DNA of 64,000 nt from Callorhinchus milii (GCF_018977255.1 NW_024704763.1:310001-374000), one strand, 5' to 3'. Numbered from the stretch's first letter, positions 37,201 to 61,697 are shown. The notes: generated from the sequence alone by a model not told the origin. Program-made: numbers and translations.

Positions 37201-40200
37201 AGATCAGCTGCAGAGAGAAGAGCAGATGGACACTGAGTGAGTTATACCCCACATTGAATTCTTCCCTCCCCCCACCCCAAGACAATGCTCAGCTGGTAGC
37301 ACTCACTTCTGGGTCAGAGACTTTAGCCCCCAGTCTAGCCTGACACTTGCATTATTGGGGGAGACTGGATTGCAGAGATGCTGTCCATCAGGTTAGATGT
37401 TAGCCTGCTTGTCCCACCTGCTTGTTCAGGTGCATGTTAAATATCCTGCGAGGCCCCTGTGCACAGGCGCTGCTTACTTCATGAGCGCAGTGTGACACGT
37501 TTCCTTGTGTGTATTGTAGGTCTACAGAGCTGGAAGTTGCCACAGTGCCACAGGAGCAGCTGCGACATGTGGAGGGAACAGTTATTCTCCACATTGTGTT
37601 TGCTATCAAACTAGACCATGACCTGGGCCGTGAACTCATCAAATGTCTGAAGGTGAGACTGTCTGAGCCACGCTTCTGTTTGCCGTTGGCAACTTTATCA
37701 TTCAATCATAGGAAGACTTTTGTAGGTTTTTGTTTAAATTATGTGTGTAATTCTGTTATCTGTGCAGTCAATGGTTAGAACCACAGTTGTGTAAAGTTAC
37801 TAATATCTGCTTTGTCCTTTTGTTATTGTAGACGGTGCTGTTTGTCATGATCGCAGTATGTTAGCGTACATAACTAGTCTGGTTTAAGAATGATCACTTC
37901 AATTGCCTTGTGTTTGTGTTGGGTTTAGGCTGGTCAGCAAGGAGATAGCAGCCGGCTTCTCTGCTCCTTCAACATGGCGCTGATCCTCTCTGTGACTCGC
38001 ATACACCGGTTTGAGGATCAGGTTAGTCCTTTGTGGCAGCTGTGACCTGCTGCTCATCAACAAGTTACACACTAAAGTTACACTTACCAGCAAAGCCCCA
38101 GGAGAATGGATCTCACACTGTTGACAGAATACTGGTGCATTTGAGAATGGATTTGCCTACAAAATACACAGTCAATTCATTTTACGGTATAATCTGTGAA
38201 GCGCTTTGAGTCATCTTGAAGACGGGATAAGGTGCTGTATCAAATGCAGGGATTATTACAATTATTGTTGGATCTTGTTTAACATTTAGTTGTTTTAGAC
38301 AACATAGTCTGTTCAGTACTAATGTTGAACAGTGCAGTGTGAAATGTGTCAGTGACAATTCCTAACATGTTTGTGTTGTTTCTCTCCAGGTGTTTGACTT
38401 ACTAAAAGCAACCATCATAAAGAGCCTGAAGGACAGCCAGTTTCAGCAGAATTCCCGTTTCCTGCAGGATCTGATGCCGACACCGAGCAGTGTGTCAGAC
38501 ATGATACTGGAGACGGTAGCAAACAGGTCAGGGCTTTGCTTCTGCAGTGCGTCACTTTCCTAACAAAGTGCGGACGTTTTTAAACTTCATAAAGGTTTAA
38601 GCTTTGTCTCACAGTTCCATTACGCATTACTAGAGGCTAGTCTCGATCACTTTTAAAGAGTGTTAATTTTTCAGTTCTGACAGAATTGCTGTTTATTGAG
38701 TTCTGTGCCTTGTGCCATGCCAGACACAGGAAGCACAGACATGTCAGAGACGAGGAGATAGGCTGTTTAGGAGGTGTCTCAGTGCTAGTCTGTCCTCAGT
38801 TACATATTCTTCTAGACTGTTTGTGCGCTGTTGTGCGCAATTCGCTGCCACGTTTCGTCCACAAAACATACAGTCAATTCCCTTTACAGTATATTCTGCG
38901 AAGCGCTTTGAGACATCTCGAAGATGTGATAAAGCGCTGTATCAAATGCAAGGATATTATATCCACTGGTGCTGGTAGATAATTAGCTCCTTGTCAACTT
39001 TGATCGCTGTTGTTGGAGTTTTGATTGAGAAGCTGCTCTTAGTGTTTCCCTTTTTGCTGTTTCTAGTGTGTTTGGTTGGGACCACGTCACTCAGGCGCTG
39101 GTTCAGATGGGATTCATATTAATGGACTCTTTTGGGCCGAAGGCGGGTCCATTTGGGAAAGCTGCCGAGACCAGTACAAATGGTATAAGATCCCCGTCTC
39201 AGCAAGCGTGCCGCCTGGGAGCTGCAATCCTTCTGCAAACGTTCAAGGTTAGGGTTTGCTGTAGCCCAGAACAGCCTAGCCTGTACCCTGCGCTGACCCT
39301 GCCCACCTTGCCCACACACCCGCATCTTTCCCCGTCACCCAACACACAGCCCTGCCACTCCTGAGTTGGGCTCCAATGCAGATAAGCAAGTGTGTGGTTA
39401 GCTGCTGTCTGAGGTCCAGCCTGAAATGGTGTGTTTTAATTTAGGTGCATGAACCAATCCGCAGCGAAATTCTAGAGCAGGTTCTGAACCGAGTGGTTAC
39501 TAGGAGCACCTTACCCATCAACCACTATCTAGGTAAGTAACCGGGTAACATAGACACTAACCAGGTAACACACCATTAACCAGACAAGTAACTGGGTAAC
39601 ATTGCTACTAACCACGCAAGTAACTGGGTATCATAGCCATTAATCAGGCAAGTAACATGGTTAGTAATCCGCAGTCAGTCCTTGTTTACCGGTTGCTTTG
39701 TTTGCGTCCTGCCAGATCTGCTGTCGGACATTGTGGTCTCAGCCCCTCTCATTCTGTTGGACTCTTCCTCCAAGGTCATCGAGGCCTTTGACCACCTGTC
39801 CTACCTGCCCCTCAGCACGGTGCAGGGGCTGCTGAAGGCCATACGGGTAAAAGCTCTCCTCGTGTCTGTTGTTATACAGTGTGATTGTTACACTCATCAC
39901 GACCCTCAGTACCAGAGCCGCATAATATACCTGAGACCTTACATTTCTCTCCCCCCCCACCCCCCCCAAAATGCCGTAACTGTTCCCTGGAGTAAAGACA
40001 GCAGCTCCCCCTTCCCAAACATTTACTCCACCCGCATCTCCTGAACCCTACCTTGTGCGAATACCTCAGTTAGTTGTAAGTGGTTGTGGAAACTCTGAAC
40101 TATCTCCCTCAATCCCTCTGCCTTGCCCCCTCTCCCTCCCCACTTTCAAATCCGGCATAAAAAGTCCTTCCTTTTTGGTTGTGCTTAATATCACCTCCCC

Positions 40201-43200
40201 ACTCCCTCTACCCCTTAGCTCGGGGTCAGACTCCGCCACTGTCAAGCTCTCTGGGACCCTACCCTGCATGAAGGGCGCTATACCAATGCAAGTTGTTGTT
40301 TTGTTGTAAACGGGTGTTGTATCTGAATGACTGTTCTCCTTCCTGAAGCCGCTGCTGAAGGTCAGCATGTCCATGAAAGATTCCTTGATCCTGGTTCTAC
40401 GCAAAGCCATGTTCTCCAGGTAAATACAAGTGGCTTCAGCTGCCCAGCACATCCCCCTTCCCAGACAGTCACTCATTGTCATAGCAATAGGCTGTGTGGC
40501 CCAGCAAGTCTACACATGAGCCGTTTATTCTGACTCCACTCGCCCCCGCCTGTTAGTCCACACCCTTTAATATTCTTCCTCTTCAAGCATCTATCTAATA
40601 GAATTGATGGAGTCTATCTGAACAACAGAGAATGTCACATTCTCATCAGCACTCTGTAAACAAGGATTTTATAGCATCATCTTTAATGCACTTTGTAGTT
40701 ATCCCTGTGGAGATATGTGAAACTCACTGCAGGGTCTACGCTCTATCAACCTCTCTCTCTCTCTCTCTCTCTAGTCACTTGGACTCTCGGAAGTCTGCTG
40801 TCGCTGGTTTTCTGCTGTTACTGAAGAACTTTAAGGTGTTGGGAAGTCTGGCCTCCAGCCAGTGCACCCAGTCTGTCACAGCCAGTCAGGTAACCTGCTG
40901 TCTCTCACTTACACACTGTTGTTTGTGTTCCTTTGGCTGTTTAGTGTTGCTCCTATGTGCAGTGCTAGGTGGGTGAACAAAGCTGAGAACCTTGTGCTGT
41001 CTCTCTGCTCAGGTGCAGGTAGATGTTCACACACGTTACAATGCGTCTGCGAACGAGGCTCTGTGCCTGGAGATCCTGGGTAGTCTCCGGCGGTGTCTCA
41101 GCCAGCAAGCCGACGTCAGACTCATGCTATACCAGGTAAACGTCCCCCTACACAGCGATGTCCTGTGGATTACAATTACCAGATGCACAGTGCACTGGGC
41201 TCTCCAGTGCTGACCTGCTGAGCAAGACCTGTTGTGCTGGGGTCAGGTTGATGTACTTTTTTGCCCTTTTGCTGAATTGTCTTGTATTTTCTAGGGTCTG
41301 TTTGACGTTCTGCGGCGGAACTCTCAGCTGGCAAACACCATCTTACACACCCTGCTGTCACAGGTACCCTGGTTAGCAATCCTTGCCAGCGTCTGGTCTT
41401 CACGTTCCCTCTCATTTCAGTCATCCCCTCCCGCCCTCCCCCCCCCATGCTGGTGTAGACACTAACCTGACTTCTCTTTGTTGCAGATGAAGCAGTATTA
41501 CGAGCCGGGAGAGGACCTGCTGCCGCCGCTCAAGCTGGAGGCCTGTATCACAGCCCAGGGTGATCACATCCACCTGCAGGAGCCTCTGGTAACTCCAGCT
41601 CACACACTGACTTGGTCTGATCAGAGGGAGCCAGGCAGGTCAGGATGTCCAGTCTGTCATTGTGCTCAGGGGAGGGCAAGTGGAATTCTGAGCTTTCCTT
41701 GTGGTAGGAGTTTGTCAGTGTCACCTGTACAGTGGAAGGGATGCCGAGCTTAAAACTGGTCAGAGTTTGTATCATGTTTGAGTCGACTTGTTGCAGTGAC
41801 TCCTTGACATAAAGGATACAGTGCCGATATGACCAAAGCACTTTGTTGGTAATTACCGTCGAGTGTGGTCTGTTTGGTTGACGAACACAGCAGTCAATTG
41901 GTGCACTGCAACGCCCCACAAATACCCAGGAGATGGATGGACGATTAATCCGGAAAATTATTTGCCAGGACCGACAAGGAGAACTAAGTCCCTTTTCCAA
42001 CTGTGTCACATGATCTTTGGGACTCTATCCCGCTTGAGGGTGCCATAAATGCAAATTATTGTTGTTGGTCTTTCATGTGGACCTCAATATCAGGCAGACG
42101 GACATCTCATCAGAAAGATTAAACCTGGTGTATTCCTTCCTTTGTCACAGGCGCAGCTTCTGAGCTGTGTACAGAGCTGTCTGGCCTGGTGTCGGCAGAC
42201 GCTCCCTCACACCAACGCCCACCACGACGATGAGGATGCTGATGATGATGATGCGGACAGCAGCTTTCAGAACGAGCTGGAGGAGCAGCTGGACTCCATC
42301 ACCCTGCGCATGGTGAAGAGCGAGTTGGAGGACTTTGAGTTGGTAACTGCCCACAGCTTAGCGCTTCTCACTTGGTCTGGTTCTCCTGTCACTGAGCTTT
42401 GGAGAGTGACTGAGGAGATTAACATCGAGATCATGATAATGCTCTAATTTCAGTGTCTCAAGTGTAGTGATTGTGCATTTGCAGGCGAACGCAGCACCTA
42501 TTTTGCGCACAGCAAAGTCTGACAACAGCCATGAGATGAAGGAGCAGTTTATCTGGAGGATTGTTGGCTTTTGTGCAATTGGCTGCCACGTTTTGCCCAC
42601 AAAATATACAGTTAATTTGCTTTACAGTAAATTCTGTGAAGTGCTTTGCGACGTCTCGAAGACGTGATAAGACTCTGTATCAAATGAAAGGATTATTATT
42701 ATTATCTAATGGTTATGTTTGTAAAAGGAGCTCTCTAATGAACTGCTAAACCTGTCTAGACTCCAGAGCTCAAAACTCCAAACAGACTTAGTGCTGTGTG
42801 ACCATTTGTCTTAAAGCTTAAGATTATGCAGAATTGTGAAAAATTCTTAATTTGAGTGTTAATTTGGCCCTTGTCACTGAGCAGCCTCCCAGCGCTGTCC
42901 TAATGAAGGGCGTTCTGTAACTGCAAGTTGTTTGTTTTTAGTTTAAGAGCAGCAGAATTCCCAGGTGGAATTTCGGGCCTTGGCTAAGGATCCTATTCGG
43001 GCCGTGGCTTTACCAGCTCCCGTTGATCCAAGTCTTTTCCTGTGTTTTTAGGACAAATCAGCAGACTTTTCTTCAGGGACCAACGTAGGTGTTAAAAACC
43101 ACCTTTATGCTGTGCTGGTGCTGGGAGTGTTGGAGGTCCTAATGGAGTATAATTTCACCATCGGCGATTACAGGTACAGTGTCTCTCGCTGGGGCCTTCA

Positions 43201-46200
43201 CTGTGATAAACTCTCATCCTTTCTTCTGCTGTTTATTTGATGTTGGCTATTGTGTTCTGATTACAGTGTAAACCGCTTCCAGGATGTTCTCAGCCTTTTC
43301 CACCGTCACCACAAGCTGTGGGAGTTATTGAAGGAGAAATCTGGCAAAGGCAAACCTGCCTCGAGCTGGAAATCCCCCCGGAGCCTGCTCACGTTCCACT
43401 TCCTCTCCCACTTACTGACCAACCTCTTCAGGTACCCGCTGGCACCCGCTCTCCTAATGTTACCTGTCTGCCTGCGAAATCTCTCTACACCACACTGTTC
43501 CCACCCTCTGGAACTCGAACCCGTGCCTCCTTCAAAGCCCGTCTCAAAACCTTTCTCTTTGACCGTGCCTTGGCCACCCTCACCCCCCTAACCTCCACCC
43601 CTTCTTCCCTCAGAGATAACACTCAGAGCCACGAGGAAAGCCTGTCTGTACTGCGCTCCAGCAATGAATTCCAGCGTTACGTGGTCAGCATGGCTCTGCA
43701 GAAAGTGCAGCAGGTGGAGGAGAGTGGGCAGGCGGACGGACCTGACGGACAATCACCTGAGAAAGTTTTTAAATATCTCTGTGACATGACCCGGTGAGCA
43801 CTCGCCCGTTCCTGCCAACGTTAGCGGGTTTCTTTACACAAATTAATATTAACCCTGTAACTGCGAAGAGCGACACTGAGACTCCGATGCTTTCTGTTGT
43901 TGTTGTCAGAGTCCTGCTCTGGAGATACACCTCAATCCCCTCCGCGGTGGAAGAATCCGTAAAGAAAGAGAAAGGGAAGACGATCTCGCTGCTGTGTTTG
44001 GAGGGGTTACTGCGCATATTTAACACTGTGCAGAGCAGATACCAGGACAAGATGGAGCAATTCCTCAGCGCAATTGGTTAGTGAGCTCGGAGAATCCCCC
44101 TCACCGCGGGCGTATACACTGGTTGTACAGGATTATAGCCTCTTGATCAACAACAACAAAATTACATTTGTATAGCGCCTTTCACGTTGGGATGTCCCAA
44201 GGCATTGGGATGTTCCTTCCCAACATCTGGGCAATCAGACGGGTGATTGTTCAGATGTTGGGGATGAAGTGTGCTAATGTAACAGTAACGAGTATGTGTT
44301 TACAGACGTGAGTGAGGAGGGAGAGGAGCAGGAGAATGTCAACATCACCGACAAAACCGCCTTCCACATCCGGCAGTTCCAGGTGGGTTCTGAGCCGCAC
44401 ACTCAGCATCGCCTGAAGTGTGTGCGTGTGGTTCCGGCTCCCAGGGCAGGCTAGGCTGGCATCGCAGGGCACTGCATCGCAGGGCACTGCTGGGGCAGCT
44501 CTGCATTGCCACTGCGCCATCATTGTGAGATGTTAAACCACAGTCTCATCTGCCGGTGCTTCAGAGGATCTTAAAAGCCCTGTGACCTCATTGGCAAAGA
44601 ATATCTGTGTCAGGCCGATCAGCCCCAGATTGGATCAATGCTTCATGTCACGGCTGTTTGTAGATCTGGCTGAATGCACGATAGCTGCCGTGGTTGCCCA
44701 CAATTAGTTACTACACTAGAACAAAATCTCGAAAACACTTAGACATTTTGTCAATAAATAAAATATAATAATAATCCTTGCATTTGATGCAGCGTGCTAT
44801 CACATCTTCGAGCCGTCTCAAAGCGCTTCACAGAATATGCAACAACAAAATTACATTTGTGTAGAGCCTTTCACGTCGGGAGAACGTCCCAATATATTGT
44901 AAAGTATAGTGACTATGTTTTGTGGGTGAAACGCGGCAGCCAATTGTGCACAGCAGCGTCCCACAAACAGTCGTGTATTGAGTAACCAAATTATTATTTT
45001 TAAGGATCATTATGTGCATGACTGAGATTGGCTGAACTCCATGTCAGTCCTGGTGGTCGTTATGGTGTGACCTCCTCGTTCTCTGTTCACATTCTTTTTC
45101 TCTTTCTCTGCCTCCCTCTCTCACACACGCACACACAGAGGTCACTGGCCACCCAGCTGAGTGGCAGTGAGGAAGAGTTTAACAGTAAGGAAGCACAGCT
45201 GTTAGTGAATATCTTGTCCACACTCTCGCGACTATTGGATCGCGCATCTCAACAGGTATGTACCCCTGATTTCGAGCGTTACTGTGATTGTCAGGCCAGC
45301 GAGGAGACGAGCATCGTATTGTGTCTACCCACAGCTGGGGGCAGCTCCCTCCTCCCGGCCCTACTGGGGTCTTCAGGCACCTACCTGCCGACCAACAGCA
45401 TAGGAGACACTGTCTGTTCCCACATGAAGGCAGCTTCCTAAACCGCGGGAATCTATCCGGGGAAGCCCCTCACTGCACACTGTTGGTTTAGGGTGTGAGT
45501 GAGGCTGTCACTGTATAACCTGGCTGTTTCTCTGTTGACAGTTTGCACAGATGTTAACATGGACGGAGAAGATCTGTAAGGAGAGCAGTCTGGGTAAGAG
45601 AAACTGCAGCTGAGAGAGCTGGGGGAGTGGGGGGGGCGGGGATGGCGAGGATTGGAGGTGGGGGCTGATCGTGGAGACTGGGAGGGTGGGTGGCTGGGTG
45701 GGTGGAGTGGGGGCTGGCACAGGGGAGTAATGGGATGCTTTATTGGCAGAGGATGTGCAGTTCTGCCGAGGTTTGATGAACCTGCTGTTCAGCCTGCACA
45801 CGTTGCACAGGAGCCCGGTGGGGCTGCTGCGGGAGCTGTCTCAGGATATCCACAGCCACCTGGGGGACATTGACCAGGTAATGGACTCTCAGTGTAAATG
45901 GTTAGGGCGAGAGCCAGCCATACAGCCCAGCCTTACAAACACTACACCTGCTCTGTTCTGCCCCCCCTAACACACACACACCACACATACATGCCATGCC
46001 ACCCCCCCCCCGTCGCCCCCCCACCTACACACACACACCTGCTGCATATGCTTTGTTCCGCCCTCCAAACACACAGACCATGCACACATGCCATACACCC
46101 CCCACCTACACAAAAACACATGTGGAAACCTGACAAGTTTATAACCCCTGACCCACCCCCACTGGTGTGCAGTGCACAGCTTGGTAACCATATCTCTCTT

Positions 46201-49200
46201 CTATTCAGGAAGTGGAAATAGAGAAACACTCCCATTTTGCCATTGTGAGTCTCAAGACAGCAGCTCCGACTGTGATGGTAAGTGTCAGATTCAGTCGCTG
46301 AGCTCCTGGTGTCATTCGCTGAGCTCCTGGTGTTAGTGTCACTGATACTTTTCTCTGCTGCAGCTCCTGGTTTTGTCACAAGTGGCTAAGGTTCTGGAGG
46401 AGGTTGAGTGGCTGATTATCAAACTGAAGGGTCAGCTGGAAGCAGACAGAGGAATGACAGGTGGGAAGAGAGGGTAAGGAGGGAGTGGGGAAAGGGAGGG
46501 GTGAGGAGTGGGGGAAGGGAGGGATGGAGGTTAGTGATGACCATGTCTCACCCTGTTTGATCGGCTTGTTGTCTGCCAGAGGAGGGCTCTCCGTGCTCAA
46601 GTGCCCAGGAGGCTGTGGAGAAAGCCGCCATTCTGCAGCTGGCTACAGTGTTGACGGCGTTTCATGAGCTGATGCAGACGGCCATCCCGGCCGGCTCCTG
46701 TGTGGACGTTCTCCTGAAGGAACTGGCTAAGATGTACAACATCCTGACGGCTCTCGTAAAATATGTGAGTGTGAACCCCTGCCTTGCTCAGCTCTGCTCA
46801 GCCCTCCCCTGCTCAGCCCTGCCCGGCCCAGCCCTCCCCTGTACAGCTCAGTCCACACAGGGGATGGGGGGGTGGGGGTGCAGTGGCCTGACCTCAGGGT
46901 AATCCACATCCAGCAGCTCAGCTCCTGAATTGGGAATGAACTCAGTTCACTTCTGGAAGGGTTTCGCGTGAGTTTTCAGAGGGAAGAGGTTTGTGAATCT
47001 TCACAATCAACTACAGTGTGTGCCCTGACAGCCCCACCATACAGTGTATTGTCCCGTCCCCCCCGTGTGTCCCGTCCCCACACCCCGGAAGAGGCATCGT
47101 TGTAACATATATTCTTTGTGTGTGTGTATATATATATATATTATATATAAAAGCTTTCGTTTTTTTCCTTCTCTCCCTTTCCCCCTCACCCCCAGTATAT
47201 CCAAGGTTACACCGGACACACAGCTCATCTCTCTCCCAGGTTTGAGAAGCTGGTGAGTACATGGCATTGTTTCTACAAACAACAACACTTACATTTATTC
47301 AGCACCTTTGACGTGGGAGGGAGGACACATTCACAATCACACCCAGCGATGGGGGAGCTCGGAGACGTTTCCTGTGGACAACCTCAGAGAGGTGAGCAGC
47401 AGAGCTGATGCAGAAGAAGGGAGGGAGGCAGCAGCCATCAGGGTATGAGAGTGTGCAACAGTGTTTAGGTTCTACAGTGACTCGCATTCAGCCCCCGCCC
47501 ACCCGTAGCTCTGCCTGTCCCGAGCTTTGCACGTTTCTCACCATTCACTGGGCAGAAAGTAAGTGTCTGATTGCTGTTCCCTCAGGTAAAGCTCTCTGGG
47601 TCCCACCTGACCCCACACTGCTACGCCTTTATAACCTACGTCCAGGTAAGTCATGTTCCTGCCAGTATCCCTCCAGGGATCAACCACTGATCAACCACTC
47701 AGACAATATTTACGCAGTATTTCTGTAGCATCCTTTGTGCAAGAATTGATTTTGTTAGTTTGATAGCACCTATTACATCACTGAGTCTCAAAGAGCTTTA
47801 CAGGTAATTCTTGTGAATTCCAGTGATTGTATATTTTGTAGGCAAACGTGGCAGCCAATCTGATCAGAGCAACGTCCCACAAACTGCCATGATGTGAATC
47901 GTTGGCCAGGCGACTGAGAGAAACGGCTCCATTTGGTGTCACAGGATCTTTAATATCCACCTGAACAGTGTCTGACTGGCTCCCTGAGAGGGATTGGGAT
48001 GTAAAATATGGGCCCGATTCTGGGGGGAGGGGGCTCGAGAGCCAATCAAGGGAGGGGCACTTTCCCAATTCCCCATGTAGCTGGGACACCGCTGCCTGAA
48101 CAGGAGGTTGGAACCTCAGGTTAATGTCACAGCTGAAGACCTGCACCTCTGTCTGCAGTGAGCAGCGTGCAAGTTGTCAACAACAAAATACAACAAAATT
48201 ACATTTATAGAGTGCCTTTCACATCAGGAAGACGTCCCAGGCCAGAGTGTGAGCTCAGCTCCCTGAGGTGAGAGGTAAACCTACAAATGCAGTTGCCTGA
48301 GCCTGGCGTCTGATGTGGTTTATTTCGAGTTGACGTTATAACTGCAAACACTGGGAACTGGGGGGTTGGGGGGGGGAAAAAGGAGGTTCCTCTGACTCTG
48401 TTTTTCTCGACAGAATATCCAGAGTGAAATGGGGAGTTTGGGAGCAACTGTGGACAAGAAAAAGGACAAGAAGGAGACAGGAGCCGTTATTGCAGCTGCC
48501 ACGGTGCGTGTCTCACTCAGGTGGAGCCTCAATGGGACTACAACAGTATCCACTTCCTGGCTGCCGTGGTGCTGCCCAGTGTGAGAGTGTGTCTCAGTGA
48601 TGCTTCACCTTAAAACGTTTTGATTTTCTTCAGACATTTAAACCCTTATTTGAGTGAATGCCAGAGCTGGGTCTTGCTGTGTGTGTGTGATTGTGAGCTG
48701 GTTGTCTGTCTCTGTGAGGGATTGTGCATCTTCGAGCCTAAGTAAGTTAATGTTATGGATTGAACTCAGTGTGTTAACAACGCGCTTGTTTCGGTTCTCA
48801 GGCTAAGGTGTTGCGTGAGACCAAGCCGATCCCCAATCTGATCTTCGCTGTCGAACAGTATGAGAAGTTCCTCATTCACCTCTCCAAGAAATCCAAGGTA
48901 ATGTGGTACTGTCTGCACAGAGAGACCGCACAGCAACCAGCACTCACCAGCTGTGAGTGAACTGTCAGACAATCTGCCCTCTCTCCTCGGCTCTTCCCTC
49001 CCTGTGTGAAGTGCTTTCATCAGGATAGGAATCCTGGCCAGTGTAGCCACCTCTATATGTCTGTGTGTGAGACACGTTGAATCGTTTACACAGTTCAATC
49101 ACCAATACCAGTCTTCCCAGTGCCTCCAGCTAACAGTACGTCCCGTTGAAGTGGAGGTACAGATCAGCCATGATCTAATAGAATGGCAGAACAGGCTCGA

Positions 49201-49768
49201 GGGGCTGAATGGCCTATTCCTATGTTCCTACATCCTGTGCAGGTGAATCTGATGCAGTACATGAAGCTCAGTACATCCCGGGATTTCCGCATTAATGCGG
49301 CCACGCTGGATGCTGCACTGCAGGACCAGGAAACCCAGGACCAGGAAGAACCAAGTGATCAGGTAAAGATCTGTGTAATTCACAGCCTGAGGCAGGTGAC
49401 ATACTCTAATTGCCCACTTCACATCATTCAGCTCCATTCTTTCACTCCCTCTCCCCCTGGGTTCACAAGCAGAGAATGTACAGAGATCGTGTCACTGAGC
49501 ACCACAGCTACACAGGGTGTACTGCACATCTCCTGTAAAGTGGATGGAACAGGTATGTTACACTGCAAGCCCCTGGTTCTGAGGGAATCACAGCAGCAGC
49601 GGGGTAGAGGAAACAGAGTCTTCAAATGAACCAAATTGATTTAAACAAAACTAGAAGTTTATTCAACAAGCATTAATATCTTATTAATACTGTCCTCTTT
49701 CAATGGATATCATGCAGCTGGAGAACCGAGAAAACCAAGAGCCAAAAAAGAAGAGGAAGAGGAGGTGA
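34254..49768 (+). CDS. FANCI: Fanconi anemia group I protein, 1354 aa, 37 coding exons: 34254-34382, 35321-35393, 35520-35650, 36018-36171, 36270-36327, 36464-36505, 36665-36788, 37151-37236, 37520-37652, 37929-38021, 38390-38526, 39067-39247, 39445-39532, 39716-39846, 40349-40419, 40775-40889, 41013-41135, 41295-41363, 41487-41588, 42151-42342, 43052-43173, 43267-43431, 43614-43793, 43910-44076, 44306-44382, 45139-45255, 45542-45593, 45750-45877, 46209-46277, 46364-46460, 46580-46764, 47196-47252, 47586-47645, 48414-48503, 48802-48897, 49243-49362, 49718-49768
   Basis: [34 protein letters not shown], monoubiquitination lysine motif [11 protein letters not shown] cluster [20 protein letters not shown] and C-terminal [11 protein letters not shown]. 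Exon sum 4065 nt in frame. The start codon is the least certain part. Confidence 0.95.
34392..35250 (-). mobile_element. Internally deleted L2-clade LINE filling most of the FANCI intron after the first coding exon
   Basis: RT-domain remnant [12 protein letters not shown]...[17 protein letters not shown] and C-terminal [14 protein letters not shown]; 3' tail AAGCGCTTTGGGACGTCCTCCCGACGTGAAAGGCGCT plus (TTG)n. GA-rich expansion at 34510-34730 lies inside it. Confidence 0.88.
39880..40305 (+). mobile_element. Degenerate L2 LINE 3' fragment
   Basis: Ends AAGCTCTCTGGGACCCTACCCTGCATGAAGGGCGCTATACCAATGCAAGTTGTTGTT, similar to the 19500-19600 tail. Other short tails near 5490-5660, 14430-14485, 14830-14880, 42015-42065, 44150-44205, 48180-48240, 62940-63035 and 63805-64000. 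Confidence 0.7.
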
Positions 49769-49960
49769 AACGAGCAGTACCAGACTTTGCTCTGTCCCAG
49801 CAAAGGAGCAGCAGAGATGCGCAGACAATCTCTCCCCCTACCCCGTGCCAGCGAACCCCAACCCCACAGACCTCCAACCCCCTGCCAGACACTCCCAACA
49901 CTGAAAATGTTCCCTCCTCCGGGGCTCCAGACACTCTCACTCACGTTTCCCACTTTGTCT

Positions 49961-60279
<10,319 letters not shown>

Positions 60280-60499
60280 CCAACCATCTGTAGAGGGGCA
60301 GCGGCGGTCAGTGTTAATGGGAGGAGGGGTACCTGTGTCGGGGGGGGGGGGGGGGAGGTGGATAGCGCCGCATGTTTTGGGGTCAGTCACGTGTCTGACA
60401 CAAGTGGAAACCGTGCTTCAGAATATCAAAGCAAACTGAGATTTCCACACGTCCCACCCCCACACACGTGGAAATCCCACAGAGAGAGAGATTCCTGTG

Positions 60500-61305
60500 A
60501 GGGGCTGTGTGGTGGGGGGTGTGGGGGGGTCTTTGGGGGCTGAGCTGTGGGGGGGGTGGGCCTGGGCTGTGGGGGGGGGCGTGTGGGGGGGGCGGTGTGG
60601 GGGGGCTGTGTGGGGGGGGGGGCTGTGGGGGGGGGGCTGTGTGGGGGCTGTGGGGGGGCTGTGGGGGCTGAGCTGTGGGGGGGGCTGTGGGGGGGGCTGT
60701 GGGGGGGGGCTGTGGGGGGGCTGTGTGGGGGGGCTGTGGGGGGGGGCTGTGGGGGGGGCTGTGGGGGGGGCTGTGTGGGGGGGGGCTGTGGGGGGGCTGT
60801 GGGGGGGCTGTGGGGGGGCTGTGGGGGGGGCTGTNNNNNNNNNNNNNNNNNNNNNNNNNNNNNNNNNNNNNNNNNNNNNNNNNNNNNNNNNNNNNNNNNN
60901 NNNNNNNNNNNNNNNNNNNNNNNNNNNNNNNNNNNNNNNNNNNNNNNNNNNNNNNNNNNNNNNNNNNNNNNNNNNNNNNNNNNNNNNNNNNNNNNNNNNN
61001 NNNNNNNNNNNNNNNNNNNNNNNNNNNNNNNNNNNNTGGGGGGCTGTGTGGGGGGGGCTGTGGGGGGGGCTATGGGGGGCTGTGGGGGGGGCTGTGGGGG
61101 CTGTGTGGGGGGGGGCTGTGGGGGGGCTGTGGGGGGGGGGCTGTGTGGGGGGGGCTGTGTGGGGGGCTGTGGGGGGGGGGTGGGGGGCTGTGGGGGCTGT
61201 GGGGGGGCTGTGTGTGGGGGGGCTGTGGGGGCTGTGGGGGGGGCTGTGTGGGGGGGCTGTGTGGGGGGGGGGGGCTGTGTGGGGGTGTGGGGGGGCTGTG
61301 GGGGG
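60500..61305. repeat. (GGGGGGCTGT)n G-rich repeat in POLG intron 1, with assembly gap 60835-61036
   Basis: Directly visible. Confidence 0.92.
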
Positions 61306-61317
61306 TCTCGGCCTCAC

Positions 61318-61600
61318 CTCCCGCGCTGCTGTCCCGCGGCTTCACCGCGAACCTGAAATTGGGAAATAAGTAATAAACTGTTCGGCTTTTCCCCCTTTTT
61401 AATGGCCGCTGTGGGTCAGGAGGGGGCGGGGCCTGGGCGGGGGGCGGGGCCTGGGGTGGCGGGGGGGGCGGGGTGGGGGGGCGGGGCGGGGGGGGGCCGG
61501 GGTGGGGGTGGGCGGGGCCTGGGGGGGGGGCGGGGCGGGGGGGGGGGGGGGGGGGGGGGCGGGGCGGGGTGGGGGCGGGGCGGGGGCCGGGCCGCCCAAT
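61318..61600 (-). promoter_or_regulatory. POLG: Putative POLG non-coding exon 1 (about 61410-61318) and GC-box promoter
   Basis: Minus-strand donor GAG|GTGAGG at 61318/61317; YY1-like GCGGCCATT near 61401-61409; multiple GC boxes 61420-61590. Confidence 0.6.
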
Positions 61601-61697
61601 GCCGCCCTCAGTCGGGTCCCGCGCGCGCAGAGAGAGAGAGAGAGAGAGACGCGGCCGAGCGGAGGCTTTAGGCACTGGGGAGGGCAATGCTCTCGGC

